A stretch of DNA of 58,423 nucleotides, taken from the sequence record SRR22947725_2316. One strand, 5' to 3'. Made by a program: the position numbers and the translations under genes. Shown piece after piece: positions 8,055 to 19,120 of this stretch. Each line of letters opens with the position of its first letter. The first letter of the stretch is position 1. Under the pieces are notes generated by a model that worked only from the letters and a program-made list of their open reading frames with translations, ran no database searches and was not told the origin of the DNA.

Positions 8055-10616
8055 GTGATGACAACCCCCGAGAGCCCGCATTCAGAGAACGAAGGGGCCT
8101 ACAACTTCACGGCCCTCGAGGCAAAGTGGGCGGCGTATTGGGAAGAGCACCAGCCCTTCACCATTGATGACACGGATTCTTCGAAGCCTCGTAAGTACAT
8201 CCTGGACATGTTCCCTTACCCTTCGGGCGATCTTCACATGGGCCACGCTGAGGTGTATGCCCTAGGCGACATCGTCGCCAGGTATTGGCGTTTACAAGGT
8301 TTTCAGGTTCTCCACCCCATCGGCTGGGATTCCTTCGGGCTTCCCGCCGAAAATGCCGCGATTCAGCGCGGCGTGGATCCCAAAGAGTGGACCTATTCCA
8401 ACATCGAGCAGCAAAAAACGTCGATGAAGCGTTACGCGGCTTCCTTTGACTGGAGTCGCGTTCTCCACACCTCGGACCCGGAGTATTACCACTGGAACCA
8501 GTGGCTGTTTTTGACCCTGTACGACAAGGGTTTGGCCTATCGCAAGGATTCGTGGGTGAACTGGGACCCCATCGACCAGACCGTGCTTGCCAACGAGCAA
8601 GTATTGCCTGATGGCACCTCGGATCGCAGCGGGGCCGTGGTGGTTAAGAAAAAACTGACCCAGTGGTATTTCAAAATCACTGATTATGCTGACCGGCTCC
8701 TCGATGACCTCAACCAACTGGAGGGTCGCTGGCCTTCCAAAGTCTTGGCCATGCAACGCAACTGGATTGGCCGCTCCGAGGGGGCTGAAGTCGACTTTGT
8801 GATTGAGGGTCGCCCGACCCCGGTCACCATTTTCACGACCCGGCCCGACACCCTTTTTGGGGCCACCTTTATGGTTGTGGCACCCGACTCTGACTTGGCA
8901 GCAGAACTGGTTGCCGATGCCAGCGCGGCAGTCAAAGAACAGTTTGCGCACTACCTGGAAGCCACCCAGCGCATCACCGAAATTGATCGACAAGATGCTG
9001 GTCGAACCAAGACCGGGGTGTTCCTCGAGCGCTATGGCATTAACCCCGTCAATGGCGAACGTCTTCCGATGTGGGCTTCGGACTATGTCTTAGCTGATTA
9101 TGGAACCGGCGCAATTATGGCCGTTCCTGCCCATGATCAAAGGGACCTTGATTTTGCTCGGGTGTTCGATTTGCCCGTGCGGGTTGTCCTGGACACCAAT
9201 GCGCCGGTAACCGGTGCCATCCCCGTGGTGACCGACGAAATGTTGGAATCTGGCGATATTCCTGCCCTTGATCCTCGTGCCACGGGGGAAGCACTTTCGG
9301 GCAATGGACGCATGATTAATTCGGGCCCCCTCGATGGGTTGAGCAAAGATCATGCCATTGGCAGAATTCTTGATCTTCTCGAAGAAACCGGTGGGGGGCG
9401 ACGGGCGAAGACCTATCGGTTGCGGGATTGGTTGATTTCACGTCAACGATTCTGGGGGACGCCGATCCCTATCCTGTATGACTCCTCGGGTGCAGAGGTC
9501 CCTGTGGGGCTTGAGGACCTTCCTGTCCGGCTTCCCGAAAGCGAGGGTCTCGACTTGAAGCCCAAGGGAACCTCTCCTCTCGGTGCCGCCACAGAGTGGT
9601 CCACGGTCAAGAAGGACGGCGAAACCTTCACCAGGGACCCCGACACGATGGATACCTTTGTCGACAGCTCGTGGTACTACCTCCGTTTCTTGAGCCCTAA
9701 GGACGACTCCCAAGCTTTTGACAAGAAAAAAGTTGAGGCATGGGCTCCCGTGGATCAGTATGTCGGCGGCGTCGAGCACGCCATTTTGCATTTGTTGTAT
9801 GCGCGTTTCATCACCAAGGTGCTTTTTGATCTCGGGCACGTATCCTTCACCGAACCTTTTACCTCACTCCTGAATCAGGGGATGGTCATCTTGGATGGCG
9901 CGAAGATGAGCAAGTCCAAAGGGAACGTCGTCTATTTCAGTGAAGAGCTCGATGCTTATGGTGTCGACGCTGTGCGCTTGACGATGGCATTTGCCGGACC
10001 CCCGGAAGACGATATCGACTGGGCTGATGTGTCCCCGGTGGGGTCGCAAAAGTTTTTGGCCAGGGCTTGGCGCCTCTCGGGTGATGTTCACTCATTACCG
10101 GGGATTGAATTCGGCAATGGAGATGCGGCGCTTCGCCGGTTCACCCACCGATTCCTGGCCGATGTGCCGGGGCTGATCGAGAGCTTCAAATTCAACGTTG
10201 CGGTCGCGCGAACGATGGAGATGGTCAATCACACCCGGAAAACTGTTGATCAGGGTCCCGGAGGGCTAGACCCCGCCGTTCGCGAAGCGACGGAAGCCAT
10301 TGCGCTGGCCCTCTCGCTGTTTGCGCCCCACACGGCAGAGGACATGTGGGAGCGTCTAGGGCACGAGCCCAGTGTCGCGCTGCAACGCTGGCCCGATGCG
10401 GACCACACACTGCTTGTGGAAGAATCCGTCACCGCCATTGTCCAAATCGATGGCAAGTTGAGAGAGCGCTTCGAGGTTTCGCCGGGAATCACCGCAGATG
10501 AGCTGGAAGCCCTCGCTCTGGCAAGCCCAGCGGTTGTGCGCTCCCTGGAGGGCAAGACCGTGGTGAAGGTTATTGTGCGGGCGCCCAAAGTGGTGTCGAT
10601 CCAAACGACTTCTTAG
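8055..10616 (+). CDS. leuS: Leucine--tRNA ligase
   Basis: [13 protein letters not shown], editing domain [20 protein letters not shown]. Confidence 0.98.
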   Translation: MMTTPESPHSENEGAYNFTALEAKWAAYWEEHQPFTIDDTDSSKPRKYILDMFPYPSGDLHMGHAEVYALGDIVARYWRLQGFQVLHPIGWDSFGLPAENAAIQRGVDPKEWTYSNIEQQKTSMKRYAASFDWSRVLHTSDPEYYHWNQWLFLTLYDKGLAYRKDSWVNWDPIDQTVLANEQVLPDGTSDRSGAVVVKKKLTQWYFKITDYADRLLDDLNQLEGRWPSKVLAMQRNWIGRSEGAEVDFVIEGRPTPVTIFTTRPDTLFGATFMVVAPDSDLAAELVADASAAVKEQFAHYLEATQRITEIDRQDAGRTKTGVFLERYGINPVNGERLPMWASDYVLADYGTGAIMAVPAHDQRDLDFARVFDLPVRVVLDTNAPVTGAIPVVTDEMLESGDIPALDPRATGEALSGNGRMINSGPLDGLSKDHAIGRILDLLEETGGGRRAKTYRLRDWLISRQRFWGTPIPILYDSSGAEVPVGLEDLPVRLPESEGLDLKPKGTSPLGAATEWSTVKKDGETFTRDPDTMDTFVDSSWYYLRFLSPKDDSQAFDKKKVEAWAPVDQYVGGVEHAILHLLYARFITKVLFDLGHVSFTEPFTSLLNQGMVILDGAKMSKSKGNVVYFSEELDAYGVDAVRLTMAFAGPPEDDIDWADVSPVGSQKFLARAWRLSGDVHSLPGIEFGNGDAALRRFTHRFLADVPGLIESFKFNVAVARTMEMVNHTRKTVDQGPGGLDPAVREATEAIALALSLFAPHTAEDMWERLGHEPSVALQRWPDADHTLLVEESVTAIVQIDGKLRERFEVSPGITADELEALALASPAVVRSLEGKTVVKVIVRAPKVVSIQTTS

Positions 10617-10774
10617 TCCACAGCCCGGAGGGTTCCGCGAAATTAGTACCCGATTATTGTCGTTCACCCAGATTTATCCACAGATGCGCGATAACCAACA
10701 TTTCCTCGACTCAGGAATTTCTCTAGAGATCTTGTCCTGCCTGTAGTCTGGAATTTCCAGGCGAGAGGGGCCAT

Positions 10775-11782
10775 ATGGCAGTGACACCTGCTGAGCAGGT
10801 CGTGCCCTGGCATGGGATTAGAGAGGCCCCGATTGTGCTGGTGACCGGGCCCGAGTCGTTCCTGGCTGATCGCTCGATCCGCATTCTTTATGACCGGTTG
10901 AAATCAGCTGAGGCCGGTGTCGAGGTCAGCGACATCGACGCCTCCAGCTATGCCGGTGGTGAACTGTTCCAGATGGCAAGCCCAAGCCTTTTTGGCGAAC
11001 CACGACTGTTGCGAGTATCAGCACTGGAAAAATGCAGTGACGCTTTCCTTGAAGACGCCCTGAGCTATGTGGAGTCCCCCGAACCAGATGTCGTTGTGGT
11101 GATGCGCCACGGTGGGGGCAACCGGGGGAAAAAGCTTCTCGATGCCCTCAAAAAATCCGGTCCCACCGCGCTCATCGTGGAGTGCAAAGAGATTAAGAAA
11201 GATAGCGATCGGATGAGCTTTCTTTCTGCGGAGTTTCAGCGGAGGGGGGCTTCTATTACCCCAGGCGCGCAGCGCGCCCTTGCCGATGCGTTTAGTTCGG
11301 ACCTCGCGGAGCTTGCCTCGGCCTGTCAGCAGCTTATTTCTGACGCCGAGGGCGCCCAGATAACCGAAGCAACCATCTCCCGCTATTACGGGTCTCGCGT
11401 GGAGGCGACGTCGTTTCAGGTGGCTGATTCGGCGATCTCAGGTCGTTTCACCCAAGCCACTCTGCTCCTGCGGCAGGCGTTGGATTCTGGGGCTGAACCC
11501 ATTTTGATTGTCTCGGCTTTTGCCATGAAGCTGCGCGCTATGGCTCAGGTTGGCGGTACACGTGGCAGTAACGACGCCGTTGCTGCGGAGTTGGGTATGG
11601 CGCCGTGGCAGGCGAGAGCTGCCAGAGGAAATCTCCAGGGATGGGATGAGGCGGGGCTTGGGGTAGCAATTCTTGAGGTTGCTGCTACTGACGCTTCCCT
11701 CAAAGGACACGGACTCAACCCCCACTACTCGCTGGAGAGATTGGTGCGGATTGTTTCCCACCGGGGCAAAAAACTGGTGTAG
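10775..11782 (+). CDS. holA: DNA polymerase III delta subunit
   Basis: VTGPESFLADR, SPSLFGE, DLAELASACQQL; conserved position near rpsT. Confidence 0.9.
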   Translation: MAVTPAEQVVPWHGIREAPIVLVTGPESFLADRSIRILYDRLKSAEAGVEVSDIDASSYAGGELFQMASPSLFGEPRLLRVSALEKCSDAFLEDALSYVESPEPDVVVVMRHGGGNRGKKLLDALKKSGPTALIVECKEIKKDSDRMSFLSAEFQRRGASITPGAQRALADAFSSDLAELASACQQLISDAEGAQITEATISRYYGSRVEATSFQVADSAISGRFTQATLLLRQALDSGAEPILIVSAFAMKLRAMAQVGGTRGSNDAVAAELGMAPWQARAARGNLQGWDEAGLGVAILEVAATDASLKGHGLNPHYSLERLVRIVSHRGKKLV

Positions 11783-11786
11783 CGGT

Positions 11787-12101
11787 TTAGCGGGTGATGT
11801 GGTCCATTTTTCCATCACCGTAGGTTGCCTGTACTTCTGAAATCACCACCTGGTAGCCGTCATACCACTGGGCGTATTTTTCTTTTGCCTCTTGATGGGT
11901 GGGGAACCGGGCAAACGTGCGCACGACTTCCATGGTCTCGAAGTAGTAGACCGCGTTGATCTTCTTCTTGTCTTCAGAAAACCAGGATTCAGAGCCTAGG
12001 AAGCCAGACAAGCTCTCCGCATAGGAGGCAATGGCGTTGTCAAGAAGAAAGAACTCATCATCCCGCGCCCGCGGAATAAACATGAAGGAGCACTGAAACA
12101 T
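11787..12101 (-). CDS. Small ABM (antibiotic biosynthesis monooxygenase)-like protein
   Basis: GFLGSESW...YYFET...HQEAKEKYAQWYDGY pattern of ABM-family proteins; CAGAAT -10 lies 6 nt before the ATG. Confidence 0.7.
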   Translation of the reverse strand: MFQCSFMFIPRARDDEFFLLDNAIASYAESLSGFLGSESWFSEDKKKINAVYYFETMEVVRTFARFPTHQEAKEKYAQWYDGYQVVISEVQATYGDGKMDHITR

Positions 12102-12143
12102 TTCGCCATTCTGACAGAGGTTTCCCCTCGAAAAGGTTCGGGC

Positions 12144-13070
12144 CTATTTCATCCGGTCGATCCACAGTCGGACCATTGCTTCAGCGTCAACGTCAACAAT
12201 GACTGTGCATTCTCGGCCCAACCGGGTATCAGAGGGGTCCCCTGTTTTCGGCCGCTGGTCACAGATTGTTTGCCCGCGCCCTGGCCCGAAGGAGGTGTCG
12301 ACTGAGACGAGCATGGGAATGCCAGTGGCGAGCTCGGGGTGAAGCATGGTGGCGACTGCCCCGTAATCGCCAAGGGTCATGTCCGCGTCGGGCGAATTCA
12401 GGCGGTAGTCACTGATGTCAGCCCCGAGTGTTGAGGCCGGCGTTCCTGCGGCACGGAGTTCTGCTACTTCTCTCTCGCCGAGAGTGAGATCGTAGAAAAC
12501 ATCCAGGCCATACATCGTGAGCGGGATGCTGCTCGAAAAAACGATGTGGGCGGCTTCGGGGTCATGCCACACATTGAATTCCGCGGTCGCGGTGACATTG
12601 CCCCCTGAAGCGGAACCGCCCATCAGAACGATTCGTTCGACTCTTGCGGCAGTGGCGGGGAACGTGGAGAGGAAAAGCGCGATGTTGGTCAGGGGGCCAA
12701 CCGGAACCAGGGTGACCGGTTCGTCGGACTCTTCGACGAGGTCTCTCATGAGCTCGATGGCGTGACGGGGGTCCAGGGTCCTGGAGGTATCTCGGTTGGC
12801 GAGGCCCGCAAGCCCATCATCGCCGTGGACGTGGGAGGAATCTCCGACCGGACCCATGAGAGGCCTGGCGGCCCCAGCCGCCACAGGAATCGGGCCTGCT
12901 TCTGCGGCATCGAGCACTTGAAGGGTGTTCCGGCAGACCTGGGCAAGATTGGTGTTTCCATCAACACAGGTAATCCCCAGCACCCTGACATCGGGGTGGC
13001 GGGTTGCGTAGAGAATCGCGAGAGCATCATCAACACCGGTGTCGACGTCGAGGATCACAGTGGGGGCCAT
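12144..13070 (-). CDS. Nucleoside hydrolase (IU-NH/Rih family)
   Basis: DVDTGVDDA, VHGDDGL, GPLTNIA, AEFNVWHDPEAA. Confidence 0.92.
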   Translation of the reverse strand: MAPTVILDVDTGVDDALAILYATRHPDVRVLGITCVDGNTNLAQVCRNTLQVLDAAEAGPIPVAAGAARPLMGPVGDSSHVHGDDGLAGLANRDTSRTLDPRHAIELMRDLVEESDEPVTLVPVGPLTNIALFLSTFPATAARVERIVLMGGSASGGNVTATAEFNVWHDPEAAHIVFSSSIPLTMYGLDVFYDLTLGEREVAELRAAGTPASTLGADISDYRLNSPDADMTLGDYGAVATMLHPELATGIPMLVSVDTSFGPGRGQTICDQRPKTGDPSDTRLGRECTVIVDVDAEAMVRLWIDRMK

Positions 13071-13155
13071 GTTTTGTTCGCTCTTTTCTTCAAGGAGGCT
13101 ATAACACCTGGGGTAAGTCTGCCCTCTTCCCCCCTTTCCGTGCCAGTGCACGAAG

Positions 13156-13187
13156 AAAAAAGCGGACAACCCTGAGGTTGCCCGCTT
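13156..13187 (-). terminator. Intrinsic terminator after rpsT
   Basis: Minus strand GCGGGCAACC-TCAG-GGTTGTCCGC-TTTTTT just after the rpsT stop. Confidence 0.8.
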
Positions 13188-13198
13188 CTTCAGAAGTA

Positions 13199-13459
13199 CT
13201 AGAGAGCCGCGGCCTGCTGAGAGATTGCGGACTTCCGGTTTGCGGCCTGGTTCTTGTGAAGCACGCCTTTGCTTACGGCCTTATCAAGTTTGCGGCTTGC
13301 TGCAGTGACAGCGACTACGGCCTTGTCCTTGTCGCCGGCCTTGATGGCTTCACGAGCTTGTCGCACAGAGGTGCGCACTTCGCTGCGGACAGCGCGGTTG
13401 CGGTCTGTTGCTTTTTGGTTGGTCTTGTTGCGCTTGATTTGCGACTTAATGTTTGCCAC
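13199..13459 (-). CDS. rpsT: 30S ribosomal protein S20
   Basis: [10 protein letters not shown]...[32 protein letters not shown] before the GTG. Confidence 0.98.
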   Translation of the reverse strand: MANIKSQIKRNKTNQKATDRNRAVRSEVRTSVRQAREAIKAGDKDKAVVAVTAASRKLDKAVSKGVLHKNQAANRKSAISQQAAAL

Positions 13460-13632
13460 TAAATTTCCTTTTTCGTATGTTGGCCTTAGGGAACATTCCT
13501 GTGGGACCCCATCAGGGTGAGAATGTGTTCTCAAATCCGGGAGAGAGGGCCCGGAAATAAGCAAGCCAAAGCGCAACGATACCAGTTGGATGCGCAGGGT
13601 GCCACCGCTTAAGCATGGGAGAATCAAGTCAC

Positions 13633-15483
13633 ATGACTTCTCACTCTGCTAGCGATATCCAGCCGGCGTCCACAGATACGTGGCGCCTGCGTAATTTCTG
13701 CATCATTGCGCACATCGACCATGGTAAGTCGACCCTTGCCGACCGCATGCTGCAGCTCACCGGTGTGGTGGATGCCAGGCACATGCGCGAGCAATATCTC
13801 GACCGGATGGATATCGAACGCGAACGAGGCATCACCATCAAGTCCCAGGCTGTTCGGATGCCCTGGACGGTCGGTGAAAAAACCTACGCACTCAACATGA
13901 TCGACACCCCTGGACACGTGGATTTCACCTACGAGGTCTCTCGTTCTTTGGCCGCGTGCGAGGGGGCGATTTTGCTCGTGGATGCAGCACAGGGGATTGA
14001 GGCTCAAACGCTGGCGAACCTTTATCTTGCATTGGAAAACGACCTCACCGTCATTCCGGTATTGAACAAGATCGACTTGCCAGCAGCCGAGCCAGAGCGT
14101 TACGCGAAAGAGCTGGCTAGCCTCATTGGGGGTTCGCCCGATGATGTCTTGCGTGTGAGCGGCAAGACAGGAGCGGGTGTTGCGGAACTTCTGGACCTGG
14201 TGGTGGAAACTATTCCCGCGCCTCAAGGAGACCCGAACGCCCCCGCGCGGGCATTGATTTTTGACTCCGTGTATGACTCCTATCGGGGCGTGATCACGTA
14301 TGTGCGAATGGTCGATGGTTCGCTTTCTCCCAAAGAGCGCATCGAAATGATGTCGACGAAAACCCAGCACGAACTTCTGGAAATCGGTGTGAGCTCGCCC
14401 GAGCCCACACCCTCCCAAGGTCTTGGGGTGGGTGAGGTGGGTTACCTGATCACGGGAGTGAAGGACGTTCGCCAATCCAAAGTTGGCGATACCGTCACGG
14501 GCACGAAGAACCGGGCCACCCAGTCGCTCCCGGGTTACACGGAACCCAAACCGATGGTGTTTTCGGGACTGTATCCCTTGGACGGCAGCGACTACCCGGA
14601 CCTTCGGGAGGCTCTCGACAAACTGAAACTTTCTGATGCGGCACTCGTTTACGAACCGGAGACATCCGTGGCGCTGGGTTTTGGGTTCCGCTGTGGATTC
14701 TTAGGCCTCCTGCACCTCGAAATCGTCAGCGAACGGCTTGAGCGCGAATTTGGTCTCGAGCTCATCGCCACAGCACCGTCGGTGGTGTACTCCGTGGCAC
14801 TCGATGATGGCTCGGAGATTCTGGTGACGAACCCCAGCGAGTTCCCCACGGGCAAGGTAGCGAAAGTACTAGAACCCGTCGTCAACGCCGCGGTCTTGGC
14901 CCCCAAGGACTATGTGGGAGTGATTATGGAATTGTGTCAATCTCGCCGCGGCGTTCTCCAAGGGATGGAATATCTGGGGGAAGACCGGGTCGAGATTCGG
15001 TACGCCATTCCACTGGGTGAAATTGTCTTCGATTTTTTTGACCAGCTGAAGTCGAAGACGGCAGGGTACGGCTCGCTCGATTACGAACCCGCGGGTGATG
15101 CTGAAGGGGATCTGGTGAAGGTCGATATCTTGCTTCAAGGGGACCGGGTGGATGCCTTCAGCGCGATTGTGCATCGTGACAATGCTTACTCCTACGGGGT
15201 CTTGATGACCCAGCGGCTTCGGGAACTCATTCCCCGCCAACAGTTTGAAGTGCCCATCCAGGCAGCCATTGGTGCCCGCGTTATTGCCCGAGAAAACATC
15301 CGGGCGATGCGCAAAGATGTTCTTGCCAAGTGCTATGGAGGCGACATCACCCGCAAGCGAAAGTTGTTGGAGAAGCAGAAGGAGGGCAAGAAACGCATGA
15401 AAATGGTCGGTCGCGTGGAAGTTCCTCAAGATGCCTTCATCGCCGCCTTGTCCGGTGATGTGGAAAAGAAGAAAGAAAAGTAA
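13633..15483 (+). CDS. lepA: Translation elongation factor 4
   Basis: [50 protein letters not shown]. Confidence 0.98.
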   Translation: MTSHSASDIQPASTDTWRLRNFCIIAHIDHGKSTLADRMLQLTGVVDARHMREQYLDRMDIERERGITIKSQAVRMPWTVGEKTYALNMIDTPGHVDFTYEVSRSLAACEGAILLVDAAQGIEAQTLANLYLALENDLTVIPVLNKIDLPAAEPERYAKELASLIGGSPDDVLRVSGKTGAGVAELLDLVVETIPAPQGDPNAPARALIFDSVYDSYRGVITYVRMVDGSLSPKERIEMMSTKTQHELLEIGVSSPEPTPSQGLGVGEVGYLITGVKDVRQSKVGDTVTGTKNRATQSLPGYTEPKPMVFSGLYPLDGSDYPDLREALDKLKLSDAALVYEPETSVALGFGFRCGFLGLLHLEIVSERLEREFGLELIATAPSVVYSVALDDGSEILVTNPSEFPTGKVAKVLEPVVNAAVLAPKDYVGVIMELCQSRRGVLQGMEYLGEDRVEIRYAIPLGEIVFDFFDQLKSKTAGYGSLDYEPAGDAEGDLVKVDILLQGDRVDAFSAIVHRDNAYSYGVLMTQRLRELIPRQQFEVPIQAAIGARVIARENIRAMRKDVLAKCYGGDITRKRKLLEKQKEGKKRMKMVGRVEVPQDAFIAALSGDVEKKKEK

Positions 15484-15487
15484 ACCG

Positions 15488-15913
15488 ATGACGCACCCGG
15501 TGGCACCTGTTTCGACCTCGCCGACGAGGTCGATAGCCCTGCACCGAATCATCGTCGCCCTCTACGCAATTTTGAGTCTTGCCGGTCTGGGCCGCTCAAG
15601 CTTTCAGGTGTTGACTAAGTTCGATCAAGCCCCACTTGCTTATTCTCTTTCCTCCTTTGCCGCGCTGATGTATGTTCTTGCTACCCTCGCGATTGCACTC
15701 AGTGCGCGAAAAGGCGCACGAGGCGTGGCGATGGTGGCGTTAGGAATTGAGCTGGTGGGAGTAGTCGGAGTTGGCGCTGCATCGCTTGTGCGCCCGGAAC
15801 TATTTCCCGATGCCACCATTTGGTCCCAGTTTGGTGCGGGTTACGCGTTCATTCCTCTTGTCCTGCCCGTCGTGGGGTTGTGGTGGCTTGTTCGCCCGAA
15901 GGTGTCCTCGTGA
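15488..15913 (+). CDS. Conserved actinobacterial integral membrane protein (about 4 TM)
   Basis: Hydrophobic segments, PELFPDATIWSQFGAGYAFIPLVLP; overlaps ribF start (GTGA). Confidence 0.75.
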   Translation: MTHPVAPVSTSPTRSIALHRIIVALYAILSLAGLGRSSFQVLTKFDQAPLAYSLSSFAALMYVLATLAIALSARKGARGVAMVALGIELVGVVGVGAASLVRPELFPDATIWSQFGAGYAFIPLVLPVVGLWWLVRPKVSS

Positions 15914-16857
15914 GCCCGGTCTCCGTGAATTACGGGCTTGATTCCTTGCCTGGAGATGGCCGCAGGCGGGCTGTATCGATCGGGAAATTTGATGGTGTCC
16001 ATCGCGGCCACGTCCAGGTTATTCAGCAGCTCACCGCCATGGCGGGTAAGGCGGAAACCACCGTCATTACCTTTGACCGCCACCCCCATGCCACGCTGCG
16101 CCCGGGCGAGGAACCACTCCCCATTGTGAGCGAGAGCCAGAAGGTTGAGTTGTTATCCCAAGCGGGTATTGCCCGCGTGGTGGTATTGCCCTTTGATGAC
16201 GAGCTCTCTGCGCTCAGCCACGAAGAATTTTCGAAAATAGTCCTCGCGGAGGGTCTCTCCGCAGCGGTGGTGCTGGTCGGGGGGGATTTCCGATATGGGC
16301 ATGGCGGCGAAGGAACTATCGACACGCTGCGACACGAAGGAGAACACTGGGGTTTTCGGGTGGAAGTGGTCGCCGACGTGTGTCAAGAAGAGGGCGAGCG
16401 GGTTTCTTCCACCATGATTCGCGGTCATATCACCTGCGGTGAAGTGGCTCAGGCTTCTCGATTGCTGGGTCGCAACCACTCGGTTCGGGGCGAAGTCGGA
16501 AGCGGCGCGCAACGGGGACGAGAATTGGGTTATCCGACAGCTAACCTGGCTCAGCGCTTGGAGGGACTGATGCCCGCTGACGGGGTCTATGCCACCGTGG
16601 TTACCCATCAGGGTCAGCGATACCCGGCCGCTACCTCGGTAGGTGTCAATCCCACTTTTGGCGAGCTCACCGAGAGCGTGGTGGAGTCCCATCTGCTCGA
16701 TGTTTCGCTGGATTTGTATGGCGAAATGATTCGCGTGGAGTTTGTCGAATTCATTCGCGGAATGCAAACTTTTCCCTCCAGTGTGGAATTGGCCGCGCAA
16801 ATGAGCGAAGACGAAAAGGCCATTCGCACCATCCTGACCGGCGCCCTCGAGGCATAG
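15910..16857 (+). CDS. ribF: Bifunctional riboflavin kinase/FAD synthetase
   Basis: IGKFDGVHRGH, VSSTMIR, GRELGYPTAN, VGVNPTF, ESHLLD. Confidence 0.96.
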   Translation: MSPVSVNYGLDSLPGDGRRRAVSIGKFDGVHRGHVQVIQQLTAMAGKAETTVITFDRHPHATLRPGEEPLPIVSESQKVELLSQAGIARVVVLPFDDELSALSHEEFSKIVLAEGLSAAVVLVGGDFRYGHGGEGTIDTLRHEGEHWGFRVEVVADVCQEEGERVSSTMIRGHITCGEVAQASRLLGRNHSVRGEVGSGAQRGRELGYPTANLAQRLEGLMPADGVYATVVTHQGQRYPAATSVGVNPTFGELTESVVESHLLDVSLDLYGEMIRVEFVEFIRGMQTFPSSVELAAQMSEDEKAIRTILTGALEA

Positions 16858-16866
16858 TCTTATCCG

Positions 16867-18105
16867 GTGCCAGAAACCCGCCGCTCCACCATTGTTTTCG
16901 CCCTGACCGGGGTCATTCTTCTCGCCCTCGGAATTAGAACCGGGGTAGCGGCGATTGCGCCCTTGGCGCCGTCGATGGATCTGGATCTGGCAATGGAAGG
17001 CTTGCCGCTGGGAATCATTGGCACCATCCCGCCGATTGCTTACGCCTTGGCGGCCTGGTTTTCACCGTGTTTGGCACAAAAAGTGGGGTTGGAAACCGCT
17101 GCGATTGCCGTGGGAGTGCTTGGTGCACTGGCGCATGTGTGGCGGGGAGCATCACCCACCTTCTTGTCTCTTTTTGTCGCTACCGCCGTGCTCATGATTG
17201 CCGCGGGGGTGGGCAATGTGATTCTTCCCGGCCTGGTGAAGCTCTACACACCAAACGCCATTGGTGGCGTGACGGCAGCGTATGGAACAGCAATGGCCCT
17301 CTCCTCTTCGGCACCTTCCTTCTTGGGGGTGTGGATGGCAGACCTTGCGGGGTGGCGTGTCTCGCTAGGTGCGTGGGCCATTATCAGCATCGTGGGCGCG
17401 ATTCCCTGGCTCTTGGTGTTGCCCCTTGCGAAACGTCGCGGGCTGGCTGAAGCAGAGCTTGCGGGCGGCCTGGCTGCGGGGTCACCCAAGGTTTCGTTGT
17501 CGAAATCCCCCACAGCGGTCGCGATCATGACCATCTTTGCCGTCTCTGGCGCCATGGCGTACACGTGGTTTGCGTTATTGCCACAGTTGCTGATTGATGA
17601 AGCTGGCGTGAGTGTCGAGCAGGCTGCACTAGCGCTGGGGATTTTTACCATTACGGGATTGCCGATGTCGCTCATCATCCCGCCCCTAGCCCACCGGATG
17701 GGGTGGTCGAGTATCCTCACGGGAGTGGCTGTGGCCTGCGGGTTGGCGGGAATGGCAGGTCTGCTGGTGGCACCGGGCGCTGCGACCTATCTCTGGGTAA
17801 TTCTTATCGCGCTCGGCCCTCTGACTTTCCCGCTGTCTCTCACTCTGATTGGCCTTCGAACCTCCAACCACCTCTCGGCCTTGGTGCTGAGTGGTTATGT
17901 GAACAAGATTGGCTACCTATTTTCGGCAGCAGGGCCGCTGGTGGTGGGTTTTGTTCTGCAGGTGACTGATTCGTGGACGATCAGTGTCCTCTTCCTCATG
18001 GCGGTCATTCTGATGGAGGTGCCGGCCATTTGGGTGCTGGCACGAGAGCGGAGCGTGGATCACGAACTGACCGAAAAGAACACTCTTGCTCATTTGAGCA
18101 AGTAG
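16867..18105 (+). CDS. MFS transporter, CynX/NimT family
   Basis: About 12 hydrophobic segments; GVGNVILPGLVK, LIGLRT, GYLFSAAGP. Confidence 0.85.
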   Translation: MPETRRSTIVFALTGVILLALGIRTGVAAIAPLAPSMDLDLAMEGLPLGIIGTIPPIAYALAAWFSPCLAQKVGLETAAIAVGVLGALAHVWRGASPTFLSLFVATAVLMIAAGVGNVILPGLVKLYTPNAIGGVTAAYGTAMALSSSAPSFLGVWMADLAGWRVSLGAWAIISIVGAIPWLLVLPLAKRRGLAEAELAGGLAAGSPKVSLSKSPTAVAIMTIFAVSGAMAYTWFALLPQLLIDEAGVSVEQAALALGIFTITGLPMSLIIPPLAHRMGWSSILTGVAVACGLAGMAGLLVAPGAATYLWVILIALGPLTFPLSLTLIGLRTSNHLSALVLSGYVNKIGYLFSAAGPLVVGFVLQVTDSWTISVLFLMAVILMEVPAIWVLARERSVDHELTEKNTLAHLSK

Positions 18106-18145
18106 CGCAACAATTGTTGCGCACCAGGCTCAAGAGTCGTAGCCT
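18086..18145 (+). promoter_or_regulatory. Promoter of deo operon with two palindromes
   Basis: TTGCTCA-TT-TGAGCAA (18086-18101) and perfect GCGCAACAATTGTTGCGC (18105-18122) overlapping -35 TTGCGC; 17-nt spacer; -10 TAGCCT at 18140-18145, 6 nt before the ATG. Confidence 0.65.
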
Positions 18146-18151
18146 GGAGTA

Positions 18152-19120
18152 ATGGGTGCCCCCGTGGTTGACAACGAACTGCTTGCTGTTCGGGCGGCAG
18201 AGCTCTATTACCAAGAGAATAAAACGCAAGATGAAATCGGGGCGCTTCTTAACATCACCCGCTGGAAAGTGGGCCGCCTGATTACCCAAGCCCGCGAAGA
18301 GGGCATCATCCGTATCGAGATTGTTCACCCGCGCGCACGGCGTTTAGGGCTGGAACACGATGTGTGCGCGGCCTACGATTTGACCGCTGCAATTGTGGTC
18401 CCTCGTGACGTCGAAGATGCCGGCATTCACCACCGCGTAGCATCGGCTGCTGCGGATTACCTCGTGTCGATGCGCCCCTTGACTCACGTGTTGGGCGTGA
18501 GCTGGGGTAAGACACTCCACCTCGTTGCTCAAGCCCTTCCCCAGCCGTGGGGCAACGGCGTGAAAGTCGTTCAGGTTAACGGTGCTGTGAGCCACAGTCA
18601 GTCACCCGGGTTGGCCTCGGCCACCGCCACCATGATCGCAAATAAGGGTCGTGGTGATGTCACCCTGCTTCCTACCCCTGCCATTCTGGAGCGAGAAGAA
18701 ACCAAACAGGCGATCGAATCTGATCGCTCCATTCGGAGTGTTCTTGCCCACGCGGCCCAGGCAGACACCTACCTTTTCAGCGCTGGACCCGCGACCGAAG
18801 TGAGCATTCACGTGCAGTCGGGGTATATCAACCACGTTGATGTGCAGCGCCTACAGAACAAAGGCGCTGTGGGGGATGTTCTTGGCCGCTACATCACCCA
18901 GGAAGGCGACATCGCCGATACCGAACTGGATAACCGAACCCTGGGGCTTTCCTTGGAAAGCCTTCGTCAGGCTCCCCGCAGCATTGCGGTGGTGTCAGGC
19001 GCGGATAAACACCAGGTGGCCCTGGCTATTGCCCGCAGCTCGCTGGCCACCGTAATGATTATGGATGAAGCCACCGCAACTTTTTTGCTCGACAATCAAG
19101 CAAAGGACACCACCCCATGA
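18152..19120 (+). CDS. SorC/DeoR (Bacillus-type) sugar-binding transcriptional regulator
   Basis: LYYQENKTQDEIG...RWKVGRLI HTH; GVSWGKTL, GAVGDVLGRY sugar-binding domain. Confidence 0.9.
   Translation: MGAPVVDNELLAVRAAELYYQENKTQDEIGALLNITRWKVGRLITQAREEGIIRIEIVHPRARRLGLEHDVCAAYDLTAAIVVPRDVEDAGIHHRVASAAADYLVSMRPLTHVLGVSWGKTLHLVAQALPQPWGNGVKVVQVNGAVSHSQSPGLASATATMIANKGRGDVTLLPTPAILEREETKQAIESDRSIRSVLAHAAQADTYLFSAGPATEVSIHVQSGYINHVDVQRLQNKGAVGDVLGRYITQEGDIADTELDNRTLGLSLESLRQAPRSIAVVSGADKHQVALAIARSSLATVMIMDEATATFLLDNQAKDTTP

Noticed and set aside
10614..10700. Possible replication origin
   Set aside because: Only one perfect DnaA box; no box cluster, AT-rich unwinding element or dnaA/dnaN nearby.
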